Assembly: GCA_951406725.2 (NCBI GenBank)
Contig: OX597823.1
Span: 3,782,001-3,846,000, forward strand
DNA: 64,000 nucleotides
DNA from: Octopus vulgaris
Taxonomy: Eukaryota
Direction of reading: 5' to 3'
Part shown: positions 39,104 to 52,664 of the stretch, piece after piece
How positions within the stretch are numbered: position 1 is the stretch's first letter
Layout of the letters: each line of letters begins with the position of its first letter
Translations under genes and position numbers: made by a program
The notes under the pieces: generated by a model
What the model was told of the DNA's origin: nothing
Seen by the model: the letters and a program-made list of their open reading frames with translations, nothing else
Database searches by the model: none

Positions 39104-40334
39104 CAGCTGTCTAAACTTTTTTAAAAATCAAACCAGGGTTAACTTTGCATTCTATTCTTTCTAGGTCACAAAAATAAGGTACCAGTTATATAGTGAGGTA
39201 GTTGCTCTTCTTTCTCCCTCACTCTCTCTTTGGCTGTCTGTGTGTCCTTCTAAGAGTTGCAGAGAAATTGGGCCCCCGACAGCTTCAAAGAATGCTTAGG
39301 TACATATGCATGCATGCCTCTGTGTGTGTGTGTGTGTGTGTTTGTGCATCTAGGAATTTCGTATATACATACAACGGTGAACAAAAGTAGTATACAGTTG
39401 CCCAATATGAGTGAAATGTTTTTTTTTTTATTTCTCTATTTTTTAGGATAAGAATTCTATGATTCGATCTTCTTTTTTTAACTAATTCTTTCGATAATAA
39501 GATAATTCCGCCTTTTCAGATATTTATTATATGGCTGGAGATTTGGCCAAACAACTGTATGCCTACTTTTACCCACCTCTGTACGTATGTATGCATACGT
39601 GCGTCTATTTATGTATGTACGTACGTACGCATCTACATACGCATGCTTCGAAGTACATGGACATAAACTAAGTTCCCCAAAGGTGACATTTTAATCCTGT
39701 GTCAGCCATTGCAATACCTGTTGAATGACTCAACGAAGTCCTTAGTCATTCGAAGTTGGTGTATATAAGTACGTGAGTGTTTGTACGTGTGTATATATGA
39801 ATGTGTTTGTTGGTGTGTGTATAGCAGTGCTCATGAATAAAAGTATGTAAGTTTTCATGAATGTGTGTCTGTGTGTTTGTTTCACCAATAAGATCAAGGC
39901 ATAGTCCACCTCGCTCTCAGCAAGTTACGATAAGTGAGGCATCTTTCTCTCTCTCTCTCGTTTATGGTTTACATTAATAAAGTGACTCGTTCTAAGAAAA
40001 TTCATTGTATAACTTGTCATTTATGCCTAAAGATTTATGGCTTTGTTTTCATTACTTAAGGCCAGCGATTGCGGGAAGGTGATAAGCCGATTACAACGAC
40101 CCCCCTTACAACTTGACAAGTATTTATTTCATTGACTCCGAAAGAATGAACGGCAAAGTCAACCTTGGTGGTATTTGAACTCAGAACAGAAAGACAGACG
40201 AAATGCGCTTAGTACTTAACCCAACGTGCTAGCGATTGTTTTCTTCTAGTCTAGGCACAAGGCCCGAAATTTTGGGGGAGGGGGGCCCAGTCGATTAGAT
40301 CGGCCCCAGTACGCAACTGGTACTTAATTTATCT

Positions 40335-40640
40335 CAAAAAGTCCCACAAAATCTTACATTTCTCCGACTCCACTACTCTTTCGAATCGATGCTTGTATCA
40401 TGTGTTTCCAGCTTCAAATCCCCATTTCTGGCTCAGTTTCCAGTCTAAAACTTTTACAACCTGGTCATGTCTCCATTTCTTATATTCTTCCTCGGCCAAC
40501 ATGGGGCATTCTGTCACAATGTGTGCCACTGTCTCATTCCAAGTTCCACAGATTCTACATTTTTCTGACACATTCTCTCCATATATATTTTCTCTCAAGT
40601 TGTTTTTATCGTTTGATCTTGGGCTGCTACTATTAGGCTC
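40335..40640 (-). mobile_element. R4/Dong-like LINE fragment (CCHC knuckle and start of REL endonuclease)
   Basis: KCRICGTWNETVAHIVTEC...YKKWRHDQVVK...KILWDF. Confidence 0.85.
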
Positions 40641-40861
40641 CCTGTTTATTTTCTTCTTTTTTTTGTTGCCCCTTTTTTAATCAAGCCTAGGATTTTGCTC
40701 TATATACGTCTTCAGTGGCTCTCCAAAATAGGCCATGCAGAAGTTTCTCTTCAATCTGTCTGACGTACTCTCTTCGTATTTCATTCTTGTCCTTTTCCCC
40801 CATTACGCGCTTGGTCACCTGTTCTTCATTCACTGTCTTTACTAGTTTTTTGTGCTAATCT

Positions 40862-42450
40862 GAGCTAGCAGAATCGTTAGCATGCTGGGCAAAATACTTA
40901 GTGGCATTTCGTTTGTCTGCACGTTCTGAGTTCAAATCCCGCCGAGGTCGACTTCACCTTTTATCTTTTCGGGGGGTCGATAAAATAAGTACCAGTGAAA
41001 TACTGGAGATCGATTATATTGACCCATCCCCTCTCCCAAAACTGCTGCCCTTGTAGCAAAATTTGAAACCATTATTATTATTAAGGCGGCGAACTGGCAA
41101 AACGTTAGCACGCCGGACGGCGAAATTTTTCTTCCCACGAGAGTTCCGGACCCCAGTTATGAACTCATTTGCATACAGCCAATCAGAGCTCAACTACCAA
41201 GCTAATTTATGAGCGCATAACAAGTGATGGGTGATAAGATAAGGTCACTTGGTTAAGGAATGACCATGCTTCCTTTCTCTTTTAAGAATGCTTATTATTC
41301 TTGCTCTTGTTTCAACCATGGCTGCATCTGTGTAGTTATTTGTGTTGTTGTTTACTTTGTAAAACAGTAAGAGGGAGAGGGTTGCTAGCACATCACCCTC
41401 TACCCATATTTTTCTCATCCCCATCTTCACCATAAGGGGCCCTAACAAAATCCGATAATAGGTATAGATGCAAATCTATCTAATAACTTGTCTCCTTCTA
41501 AAATCAGGCATAACTCGGCGATCGGTCGGCTTACAACACCGTTCTTCGTCTTGCTTTTACTTGATAGAGTGGGTTCTACCAAGAGATTGGCTTTGTTCTT
41601 TAACACATTCACAAATGTTATGTTGGGCTTCCCATCTAGGCAATCAGGCAGCTGGACGGATCTCATCCTTGGTTATCCGCATGACCGTCTCTGCGTAGTT
41701 GTTTGAGTACAGTAAGGTCAAGGTGAGATCTGATCGGCTGTATGCAAATGAGTTCGTTACTGGGGTCCGGAACTCTCGTGGGGGAAAAAATTTCGCCGCC
41801 AGGCGAAATGGTTAGTGGTATTTCGTCTGTCTTTACGTTCTAAGTTCAAATTTCGTCGAGGTCGACTTTGCCTTTCATTCTTTCGGGGTCGATAAATTAA
41901 GTACCAGTTGCGTACTGGAGCCGATCTAATCAACTGGCCCTCTCCCCAAAAATTCCGGGCCTTGTGCCTAGAGGAGAAAAGATTACTATTATCATTAAAG
42001 CTGGCAGAATCGTTAGGACGCCGGGCGGAATGTTTAGCAGTATTTCGTCCGTCTTCATGTTCTGAGCTCAAATTCCGCCGAGGTCGACTTTGCCATTCAT
42101 CCTTTCGAGGTCGATAAATTAAGTACCAGTGAAATAATGGGGTGGTTGTAACCGACTAGTCCCCTCCCTAAAAATTTCAGGCCCTGTACCTTTAGTAGAA
42201 AGGATTATTATTAAGGTGGCGAGTTGGCAGAATCGTTAGCACACCGGGCAAAATGTTTAGCGGTATTTCGTCCGTCTTTACGTTCTGAGTTCAAATTCCG
42301 CCGGAGTCGACTTTGCCTTTCATCCGTTTGGGGTCGAGAAATTAAGTACCAGTGAAACGCTGGGATCGATGTAATCGACTAATTTCCTCTCCCAAAATTT
42401 CAGACTTTGTGCTTTTAGTAGAAAAGATTATCATCATTATTATTATTGTT
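40862..42450 (+). mobile_element. Four head-to-tail family B SINEs
   Basis: Copies start near 40862, 41084 (interrupted), 41998 and 42214, each after the previous (ATT)n tail. Confidence 0.9.
41118..41798. mobile_element. Unclassified non-autonomous DNA transposon with ~78-bp TIRs, inserted in a SINE
   Basis: TIR CGGCGAAATTTTT..CCCACGAGAGTTCCGGACCCCAGT..GAACTCATTTGCATACAGCC(A/G)ATCAGA; flanks CCGGA/CCAGG fit a 5-bp duplication of the SINE's CCGGG. Confidence 0.85.
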
Positions 42451-42845
42451 ATGGAGTGGGTGTGTGGTAAGTAGCTTGCTTACGAACCACATGGTTCCGT
42501 GTTCAATCCCACTGCGTAGCACCTTGGGCAAGTATCTTCTACTATAGCCTTGGCCGACCAAAGCCTTGTGAGTGGATTTGGTATACGGAAACTGAAAGAA
42601 GCCCGTCGCATATATATATATATATATATGTATATGTATATGTGTGTGTTTGTGTTTGTCCCCCCAACATCGCTTGACAATCGATGTTGGTGTGTTTACG
42701 TCCCCGTCACTTAGCGGTTCGGCAAGAGAGACCAATAGAAGAAAGTACTAGGCTTACAAAGAATAAGTCCTGGGGTCGATTTGCTCGACTAAAGGTGGTG
42801 CCCCAGCAAGGCCACAGTCAAATGATTGAAACAACTAAAATTAAA
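42451..42845 (+). mobile_element. SINE family A, full length
   Basis: Head, internal TA/TG tract and 3' part containing ACTTAGCGGTTCGGCAAGAGAGACCAATAGAA. Confidence 0.92.
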
Positions 42846-43943
42846 AAAAAATTTATTTTAATTTTATTATTATTATTATAAAACTATTTTTTTTTTCCAC
42901 TTCACTGGAACTTATTATTGGTTTACTCTTGGATAGCAAGTCACCTCAGCCATACAATAACGTTCGACTGCACTTTGCCGTTTCTAACAAGCAAGCCAGT
43001 TTCATGTATTCTGTGTGTCCCCCCACCACCGCTTGACAACCGGTGCTGGTGTTTTTACATCCCCTCATCAGTTCAGCATAAGATTGATGATAGAACCAAG
43101 CTTTAAGAAAAATGAGTGTTGGAGTTGATTCATTCAACTAAACATTCTTCAAGATGGTGCCCCAGCATGGCCGCAGTCTACTAACTGAAACAAGCATAAA
43201 GATGCATATATCTTCGTAAGTACTTCCTTTTTCTTTCTCTCCTCCCTGTCTGACTCACCATGCTATATAAAAAGCATGCTTCACAACCAGGGTATCTGGG
43301 TTGGGTTTCACTGTGCGCCCCCTTGTAAATCTGTCTTGGCAATAGTCTGCCTTTGTTCGAATTAATGACCTGTGATGAAATCCCCCCCTACCCAAAAAAC
43401 AGAAAATTTGCGAATGCCTTTTAAGCTATAAACTATTTTCTCTCTATATGAATAGTCTAACTTCATAAAATGCTTAATTTAGCTTAATTTATTTGTATCT
43501 AGTTTTGCCGTACCAACGATTCCAAAGAAGGATGAAATGACGTTATACATGGCTACCAATGACTAGAAATTTTACGATGTTTATGTGTAGAAAAAACGAA
43601 ATAGTAAATGTGTATATTTTGGATACCTTCTTAAAATCTTCGATTTAAATTTCAAACTTCCAAAAACTGCCTCAATTTAACTTAATCTTGAAGGGATCTT
43701 GTCCCCTATGACAGTTGACCACGAGGAGTATTCCCGTACTTAAGGGTTCCATAAGTCCGAGAAGTTCCCAGAAGACCATCAGATATATGGTATTTATTTT
43801 GGTGGAAAGTGGGCGGGTGAAATTTAATCCTTCGCCCAACTTATTCTCGTTACATTTAGCGTGTTTAGCTTCTTAACTGGAGGGTTAGTCAAAACGACTC
43901 TAGTAATTGTATGTGTGTGTGTGTGTGTGTATGTGCGTGCGTG

Positions 43944-44139
43944 TGTTAAATAAAATAAGATAACAAGACCAAGGCAATTTGATATTCCTTGGACATTTAT
44001 AAATAGAAAGATGGCCATAAGATAACAAGGTCAAGGCAATCTGTGATATTCTTAGGACATTTATACGCACAAAAGTGGTCTTACAGCTGTCCTAGGAATA
44101 TCAAATTACCTTAGCCTTATTATCCTATTTTATTTAACA
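43944..44139. mobile_element. MITE with TGT...ACA ends and ~52-bp TIRs
   Basis: TGTTAAATAAAATAAGATAACAAG...TTTGATATTCCTTGGACA mirrored at right; internal extra copy of the sub-terminal repeat; TSD unclear. Confidence 0.75.
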
Positions 44140-44304
44140 TGTATACCGTCACACACGACCTGTCTTAGATTTCTCACTCGTGCTGTTATTGAACCGGGAG
44201 CTTAACAGCAGTCTTTCTGTGGCGCTTACATAGCCTTACCAGCCTTTTGGGTCTTCTGGATACCAAAATATCTCATATTATAGAGAGATATAGATATATA
44301 TTCA

Positions 44305-44704
44305 TTTGTTCTTTTATTTGTTTCTGTCATTTGACTACGACCATGCTGGAGCACTGCCTTGAAGGGTTTTTAGTCGAAGAAATCTACCCCAGGGCTTATT
44401 CTTTGTAAGCCTGGAACTTATTCTATCGGTCTCTTTGGACGAACCGCTAAGTCACGGGGACATAAACACACCAGCATCGGTTGTCAAGCGATGGCGACGG
44501 TACAAAACCCGACACAGACACACAAACATACGTAAATACACACACACACACATATATACAAGACAGGCTTCTTCTAGTTTCCGTCTACCAAATTCACTCA
44601 CAAGCTTTAGTCAGCTCGAGGCTGACACTTGCCCACGGTTCCACGCAGTGGGACTGAACCCTGAACCATGTGGTTAGGAAGTAAGCTTCTTACCACATAA
44701 CCAC

Positions 44705-44786
<82 letters not shown>

Positions 44787-44927
44787 TGCGGCATATATAT
44801 ATATTTAATCAAGCAACTCGAGGGACTTAATTGTAAGCCCAGTACTTAGGGTCTCATTTTGCCGAATCGCTAAGTGACGGGGACATAAACACACCAGCAT
44901 CGGTTGTCAAGCAATGCTAGGAGACAA

Positions 44928-44983
<56 letters not shown>

Positions 44984-45143
44984 GACAGGCTTCTTTCAGT
45001 TTCCGTCTACCAAATCCACTCACAAGGCTTTGGTCGGCCCGAGGCTATAGTAGAAGACACTTGCCCAAGGTGCCACGCAGTGGGACTGAACCCGGAACTA
45101 TGTGGTTGGTTAGCAAGCTACTTATCACACAGCCACTCCTGCG

Positions 45144-45145
<2 letters not shown>
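44305..45145 (-). mobile_element. Two tandem family A SINEs separated by (TA)n
   Basis: Copies at about 44305-44705 and 44785-45145. Confidence 0.9.
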
Positions 45146-45223
<78 letters not shown>

Positions 45224-45236
45224 ATATTGTTACATG

Positions 45237-45701
45237 TCTTTCTCTTGTATAAGACGAGTAAACCTAAATCTATAGTCGTAGTCTCACCCTGGCTCAGATT
45301 CGAAACTGAATCTTTCAATTCCCCATGAGCATACGGTCTACTCAAATGTCAGAAAACACCGCGATAAATGGGTCATCCATTTCACCTGTGGCCTTCTCAG
45401 TGCCATCGTAGTCACCTGGATTACGTGAAGCTATTCTTTTATATGATATAGCTATTCTTATAGCTTCATTCACGTCGTTCAAGCTGAATCTTTCAATTCT
45501 CCTTTAGCATACCACCTATTCAAACGTCAAAAGGAACAGTGACAAAAGGATGTTCCACTTGACCTGTAGCCTTTTCAGTGCCATCGCAGTCACCTGGATT
45601 TCGTAAAGCTATTCTTCTATATGATATACCCACATTTCTAGCTTCTCGGCCCAAGAAACAGTAAAAGTAATTACCCTAGCAACGACGGGTATTTCTGCTA
45701 G
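45237..45701 (+). mobile_element. Non-autonomous Helitron with internal ~180-bp tandem duplication
   Basis: 3' hairpin ACCCTAGCAACGACGGGT then CTAG|T (45698-45701), similar to the 10-kb Helitron end; CTGAATCTTTCAATT...GCCTT.TCAGTGCCATCG.AGTCACCTGGATT occurs twice. Confidence 0.75.
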
Positions 45702-46134
45702 TACACACACACACACACACACACGTCAAACTAATACACCTATTTGTTGTTCCCTCACCTGTCTTCGTCTTTTGTTTAAATTCGAACTATAGGCGCGCAC
45801 GTACACACACACACTCACACACACTCTCACACACGCACGTACGCGGACGCACACACACACACAACAGTATATATGCGTAAATTTATTAACTTTTACAAAT
45901 AAAAGTTCGACACTGACTTCGAAGTTTTTGCTTACTCGCCTTCACCATATTGTCTGATAAATGTGAGCAAAGTAAATCTTCCAAATCACTATCAACCTTC
46001 TCCTTATAAAAGTAAATAGATATGTACTCTACTAAAAAGCATTGAGTAATCCGTCACTTTGATGTTTATTTTTTAATATACATACATACTGATATAAAAA
46101 TAAACGCGCGCGCGCACATACATGTATGTATACG

Positions 46135-46510
46135 GCAAAATAGCAGCATTTCGTCCGTCTTTACATTCTGAGTTCAAATTCCCCCGAGGTCGATTCTGGG
46201 TTTCATCCTTTCGGGGTCGATAAATTAAGTACCAGTGAAACACTGGGGTCGACGTAATCGACTAGTCCACTCCTCCAAAAATTCAGGCCCCGTGGTTTTA
46301 ATAGAAAAGATTATCATGCTTAGCGGTATTTCGTCCGTCGTTACGTTCTGAGTTCAAATTCCGCCGACGTCGACTTTGCATTTCAACCTTGCGAGGATCG
46401 ATAAAATATGTACCAGTCGAACACTGGAGTCGATGTAACCGATTCGTCCTCTCCCCCAAAATAGTTGTCCTTGTGGCAAAATTTGAAAACATTATTATTA
46501 TTATTATTAT
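46135..46510 (+). mobile_element. Two tandem 5'-truncated family B SINEs
   Basis: Two copies of TTTCGTCCGTC...TTCTGAGTTCAAATTCC...GTCGA...GTACCAGT with ATT tails. Confidence 0.88.
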
Positions 46511-46680
46511 TGAGTGAGAGAGTAGTGCATATCATCAAAGTGACACTGGGGTAAAATATACGAAGCCCAATATACTCATCATGACTACCAGTCTGACAAA
46601 GGTACACCAGGCACATGCATGACAACCATATGTGCGTGACACGGTGATCTCATATCAAGATAAACAGTGCATGACCTTGC

Positions 46681-46717
<37 letters not shown>

Positions 46718-47726
46718 GTGTATGAACTCGTAGGTATAAATAAATCCCAGCAGCCTCTTCCCCATTCATTTTCCATTAGAGTCACCAACAGAGAAGCACG
46801 CGCATACACATCGTATACATGCAAATGTTTCGTGATTGCGCATGTATGAAGTTATGACTATTTTATTTCTTTTGGTCCGCTGAACATTTATCGGTTTAAT
46901 TAATACATCAGACGGGGTTAAATTATTAGGCCAAGCATAATTGACCTAAATACAATGTCATAAAGTATTAATCGGTCGTGTGATCCTGTCACCGACCAAG
47001 AAAAATTAATCCAATATATGATAATCTAATTCAACAGGATGTACAGATTTTATTTTTCTTCTATCCTACATGTACACACACACATACAGGTATACTCGTG
47101 CAAATACACATACTCACATGACATATGCGCGTGCGTGCACGCATACGCACTCATGAAAATATGCATGCATGTACACACACAATTACAAAATCATATGCAT
47201 GCACACATCCACACATGCAAACACGCATACGTGGACAATAAAAAACAATCGCGCTAACATATATACATATACACGCGCATACATACGGGTGCACAAACAC
47301 ACACATGTATGTCACCTGAGTTTCTTGCTGACGACACTTCCTCTTTAAAAGGAAATGACGTAAGTTGTACGACGTTCATGCCATTCCCAAATATGTTGGC
47401 GGCGTAAATATTTATCTGGTGATTGAAACCGCGTCGAGCTCTCAGCTGCTTTCTGCGAGCGATCACCCCAAAACATTGAGTATGGATCAGCCTATTAAGG
47501 AGCTTCTATGAGGCCGTTTGACTTACATGAAACAGCAGTCAAATTCTTGATATCTCAAACGGCTATCTTTAAGAAAAAAAATAAGACACAAATGTCGTTC
47601 TAGATATAAATAAATATGGGACAGTCATGGTTAGAACGCTTTTGATTATATGTCTGCTTAGTCAGGGATGACTTTTCATTAAACAATAAACCTCTGTGAA
47701 TGACTTCATCAGCCAGCTTCTGAAGA

Positions 47727-47853
47727 CAGCGCTGTCTTAAAGGATGGGCACACTGAGCTCAGGGGCCGCACGTATCAGGGATCCAATTCTGATTTATGTA
47801 TGCTTTGTACATTAATTTTCCCGCGGGCCTACGATTCTGTTAAGACGGCTCTG
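47727..47853. mobile_element. hAT-type MITE
   Basis: TIR CAGCGCTGTCTTAA / TTAAGACGGCTCTG; TSD TCTGAAGA / TCTGAAGG. Confidence 0.82.
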
Positions 47854-48689
47854 TCTGAAGGGCGCCAGTTCGTATCATATCTCCAACATTATGTTGGTTA
47901 CACGTTGTCCAGTTCCACTAGCTGTAAATAGGTACCAGAAAGAAACAGCAGCGGTACTGTAAAAGAGATGGGTGTTTCGTTAGCATGTATTACTGAGTAC
48001 AAATCCTCCTTTGCGTATGATTACATGTATATGGAGGAAAGGAGAGGTTGTAATTATGGTCACATTGATAGCATAATACTGTCCAAAGTCCATCATAACT
48101 CTTAAAGGTAATTTACAAGTGTAAGGTGTAAGGCAATCTCTGAAGATTTGATAATGTAATTCGCTTATGAGATTTTTACTTATATAACAGATTAATGCTG
48201 TATCTGTAAGATTACTTTTGAAATAATCTATTATTCTCTTGTTTCATGTTTTCTATATATTGAAAGTGATCTTTTTAATTATGAAGTATAAGCGAACGGT
48301 AACTTGGACTACAATACGAGCCCTAGCAATTTTCTCAATTGATGTATAAGGATGCAAACGGAGTTCTAAAATTGGATATGCAATGCAATTTAAATTGTTA
48401 TATCATCGTGTGTGTGTGTGTGTGCGTGCGTGAATATGTACTACACACCTGTACAAGCCTTCCATGTTTCCATAAAGTCTATTCAGGGATCATATTCCGA
48501 GAATATGATCCCTAAGAAGAGTTAAAGAGGAACTGAAGTGCACGTATAGGCGTAGGATACATATTCGTATGTGTGCGCGGTGGTCTTACTCATTATTTAA
48601 GGTGATTATATGCGTCAATATGCACTTGTGTGTATATAAATGCACACACACACATACGCATTTGCTATTTCATATACTTATGTATTAAG

Positions 48690-48870
48690 CATCATTATTT
48701 AACGTCTGTTTTTCCCTACTGGCATGGTCTGGACGGTTTCGCAGGAGCTGGTAAGGCCAGGGAACGCAACAGGTTCTGTAATCTGTTTTAACTTTCGCTG
48801 GTTTCTACAGCTGGATGCCCTTCCTAAAGCCAACCACTTTACAAAGTGTACTGGGTGCTTTTTATGTGAT
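48690..48870 (-). mobile_element. 3' end of (GAT)n-tailed retroposon, same family as 57830-58233
   Basis: TTTCTACAGCTGGATGCCCTTCCTAA.GCCAACCAC is the reverse complement of the motif at ~58085-58120. Confidence 0.75.
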
Positions 48871-49339
48871 ACCGTGTAGTTTTAGGATATCACTTCAGTT
48901 GTGCTGGGCGAGTCTTCTTGAGTACATCAATGCACCATACATCACAGTTCTTTGTCATCGCCTTTGTAAGACTCAGCATTTTCAGATCGACTTTTTATAC
49001 TTTGTCCCATGTCTTCCTAGGTCTCGCTCTTCCACAAATTCCATTCATTTTAAGTGATCTGCACTTCTTTATGCAACTGTCCTGCCTCTATCCGCTTCAC
49101 ATCACTGATCTAGTGCAGTCTCCTCTCTTGCACACTGCATATAATTCCTCTTGTGCCTAACTTTTCTTTCAGTACACTAGCGTTCTGTCGCACATATACA
49201 CTGACATTGCACATCCAGCAGAGCGTACCCGCCTCTTTCCTCTCTAGTCTTCACATATCCTCTAGATTCAGGGCCCACGTCTCACTACTATGTAGCATTA
49301 CAGTTCGTACGCATGCAATCTTTCTTTCATTCAGAGAGA

Positions 49340-49640
49340 GAGGGGGGCGGAGGGAGACTTTTGGTTGCTAACAGCGGCGAAAGCTCTCTGAACTTTCTCC
49401 ATCCTATTCTTATTGTAGCAATTACACTTTCGGTACCTCCTCCTCCACTGCTAACCAGGTCACCTAAGTAGAAGAAATTACTACGTCCAGAGAGCCTGTA
49501 GAGGATTAGAGGAAACCAGTCTACCGTGTATCTGTAGTCTTTATGGCTCCTGTGCATCTTCCACATATAGACACTACTTTCTCTGGTAACCTTCCTACCA
49601 TTCCATTGCATCCCTTTTGTGTGTCCATAGCTTGTACTGG
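49340..49640 (-). mobile_element. RTE LINE RT fragment
   Basis: FFYLGDLVSSGGGGTESVIATIRIGWRKFRELSPLLATK. Confidence 0.8.
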
Positions 49641-50054
49641 ATAAATACATTCGAATTGAAAAACGTGCGTGTATGACTATATCAGTTAATGTTAATATTG
49701 TGTGTGTATTGATGCACCATATTTGATTTCTTGAGCAAGGTACTTCATTTCACTTTACTTCAGCTGAAAACGAGTGCCACAAGTAAAACCAGCTGAGGAT
49801 TAAGTCATCGACGGGCTAATGTGCAACCCAAAGATAAGTTTTCTATTCCAAGTCCCATTACATTCTTCACAAACTGGGATAAATTAAAACCCCCGAAGGG
49901 CAGTAAGCTCAAAACAATCATTCAACTAATTTATTTAACTTTTTATCAATTATATAGTAGACGCCATATTTGGCGTTGCATGTGTGATCGAACACATCAG
50001 AAAAATGTAAACAAATGCCTATGCAATCACTTCAAGGGAAGGAAAGCGAGGATT

Positions 50055-50099
50055 GATCTAACTGGTTTCGGTGTTCTTTAGAAGAGTTCATCAGTGATC
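50055..50099 (-). ncRNA. Degenerate minimal type I hammerhead ribozyme (Penelope-type)
   Basis: Minus strand GATCA-CTGATGA-ACTCTTCTAAAGAACACC-GAAACCAGTTA-GATC; core intact, stem II partly decayed. Confidence 0.5.
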
Positions 50100-50295
50100 G
50101 TGTAGCTGCTTGTCTTCTGTTCATGCGGGAATTGTGTATATAGAGTCATTATTAAAGTCTTCATTGAAGCATTCATCATTTAGCCATTATTTTTCTGTCG
50201 CTGAGATTGTATAGACATTTGTTTATATTTGTCCCGTGCATTCAGTTGTGTATATGCACCTCTTAGCACATTTATATACACACATGTGTGTGTTC

Positions 50296-50355
<60 letters not shown>

Positions 50356-50392
50356 TGAAATTGATTAATTAATTAATTTTACCCTCAATTGT

Positions 50393-50457
<65 letters not shown>

Positions 50458-51403
50458 CATATATACATATATACACACACCACACACATACATACAAGCA
50501 TGCATACGAACGTACGTACGTACGTACAAGTAAGTGTGTGTATTGGTGGGGGTGTACATATATATACATACATTTACAAACAAACAATTACACATCGCAC
50601 ATTTACAACCGGAAACCCCGTCCACAAATCTCCATTTCCTTTTAATGTGCGACATATCTAGTTGTTATTTCTGGCAAAACATATACAGTTACAGAATCCA
50701 TTTTCTCACCGTGACGATGAGCAAACACTAATGTAAACAAACTGAACTTTAAGAGATTACCAGAGAGGTGTGGTGATGACGCTTTGTGTTGCTATGTAAG
50801 GAAATACGCCTTTTTGATTGGATAACTTCAGATTATACCTGCGAGTCATCGCAAGCAACGAAATTGCCTTTCATTTAGCATTCGTTCTATCAGCACAACA
50901 TTTCAATGAACTTACTGCTGCTGGCGATGGTGTTGCTGCCGTTGGCGGAGGATGCTGCAGTTTTTTTTCTTTTCCTTTTTTTAGTTGTTGTTTAACCACA
51001 GGTTTATTCAATCCTGATCGGATAAACATATGATTAAAAGTATTCCAGCTGAGACGAACGTGTCTTTTTAGGAAAACGTTGGGAAACATTATCTAATGTT
51101 GCTCCCATTTTTTTTGTCTGTGGACATCGTTTGAGAGAGATTACGAGCTGTTATTTCTCGCATCTTCTTCGACTACGTGCAGGTACCCTTATAGCTTTGT
51201 CTCGTAAAACATGTGTAGTAACTCCCAAATGACTTCACTGGATAAACATGTGCTGTAATTTTATACACATACACCTACACACACAGAGGCATGCATTAAC
51301 GTGTATATACCTACACTCACGCATAAACATAAATACACACACACATACATACACACACACTCATACATACATACATACATTACAAACAAACAAGGGATAA
51401 TGG

Positions 51404-52049
51404 GGTACTACTTGAGAACAGTGGTCCCGGTGCGCGCACTCGCGCTAGCTAGTCATGACTAGTCGATCCTTACTTTGTGTTTTTGTGTGTTACTCTTTTA
51501 CTTGTTTCAGTCATTTGACTGCGGCCATGCTGGAGCACCACCTTTAATCGAGCAACTCGACCCGGGACTTATTCTTTGTAAGCCCAGTACTTATTCTATC
51601 GGTCTCTTTTGCCGAGCCGCTAAGTAACGGGGACATAAACACACCAGCATCGGTTGTCAAGCAATGCTAGGGGGACAAACACAGACACACAAACACACGC
51701 ATATATATATATATATATATACATATATACGACGGGCTTCTTTCAGTTTCCGTCTACCAAATCCACTCACAAGGCTTTGGTCGGCCCGAGGCTATAGCAG
51801 AAGACACTTGCCCAAAGTGCCACACAGTGGAACTGAACCCGGAACCATGTGGTTGGTAAGCAAGCTACTTACCACAAGCTACTTAGCCACTCCTGCGCCT
51901 ACTTTATTTTTAAAATTATTTACTTTGGGATTTTGTGTTTTATTTACTTTGCTAGGTGGTCGTTGTAGGATCGACTAGTCACGACTAGCTAGTGCGGATG
52001 CGCGACTATGCGAGTGCGCGCACCGCGACCACTGTTCTCAAGTAGTACC
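51404..52049. mobile_element. MITE with long GC-rich TIRs and 9-bp TSD, containing a family A SINE (~51490-51899, minus)
   Basis: GGTACTACTTGAGAACAGTGGTC.CGGTGCGCGCACTCGC...CTAGCTAGTC.TGACTAGTCGATCCT mirrored at right; TSD GGATAATGG at 51395-51403 and 52050-52058. Confidence 0.92.
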
Positions 52050-52664
52050 GGATAATGGTGGAACATTCCCATCAAAATTTCTGTCGAGTGTAATCATAAC
52101 AGACCGGATATTGTTTGTTTGAGACGGACAAAAAAAAGTGGGTACTGTCAGAGGTCAGCTTCCCTGCTGGCGTGAATTTCTTGTGCGAAGAAGACGACGG
52201 CGAAATTTGCTGCGATGTTTGATAAACAAATTTTTAAAAAATTCTTTTCGTACACAAAAACCAAAGTACTGTCGTAACTATGAACGACAGAATGTTGAAA
52301 GGGTTTGGAGATAATTGTTCTTGGGTTGATTGTGGTTAAAGCAACACCCAAGAGATTGCCTATTGGTCATTGTGTTGCGGTCAGCGATCGTTCATTGGCT
52401 TGGTATTACTGTCCGGTCTGATGTCCCCTCTTCGCTGTCTCACATACTAAATGCTAAGCAGTCGTGTCTCAATGCTCTCCGTGCTGCATTCCAGAGCTCT
52501 CTGTCTACCGGTCATGGTATGTTGAATTTATATTGATTGATAGGATCAGAAGGAAGCGCGCCAAGAGATGAATTTGTTGTCGGGGCCTATTCCACGTGAA
52601 GTCGTGGTTGGTCAGACTTTGCAGATTAAGTGGACAATATTCCAGTGAATCACGACTGAATATA

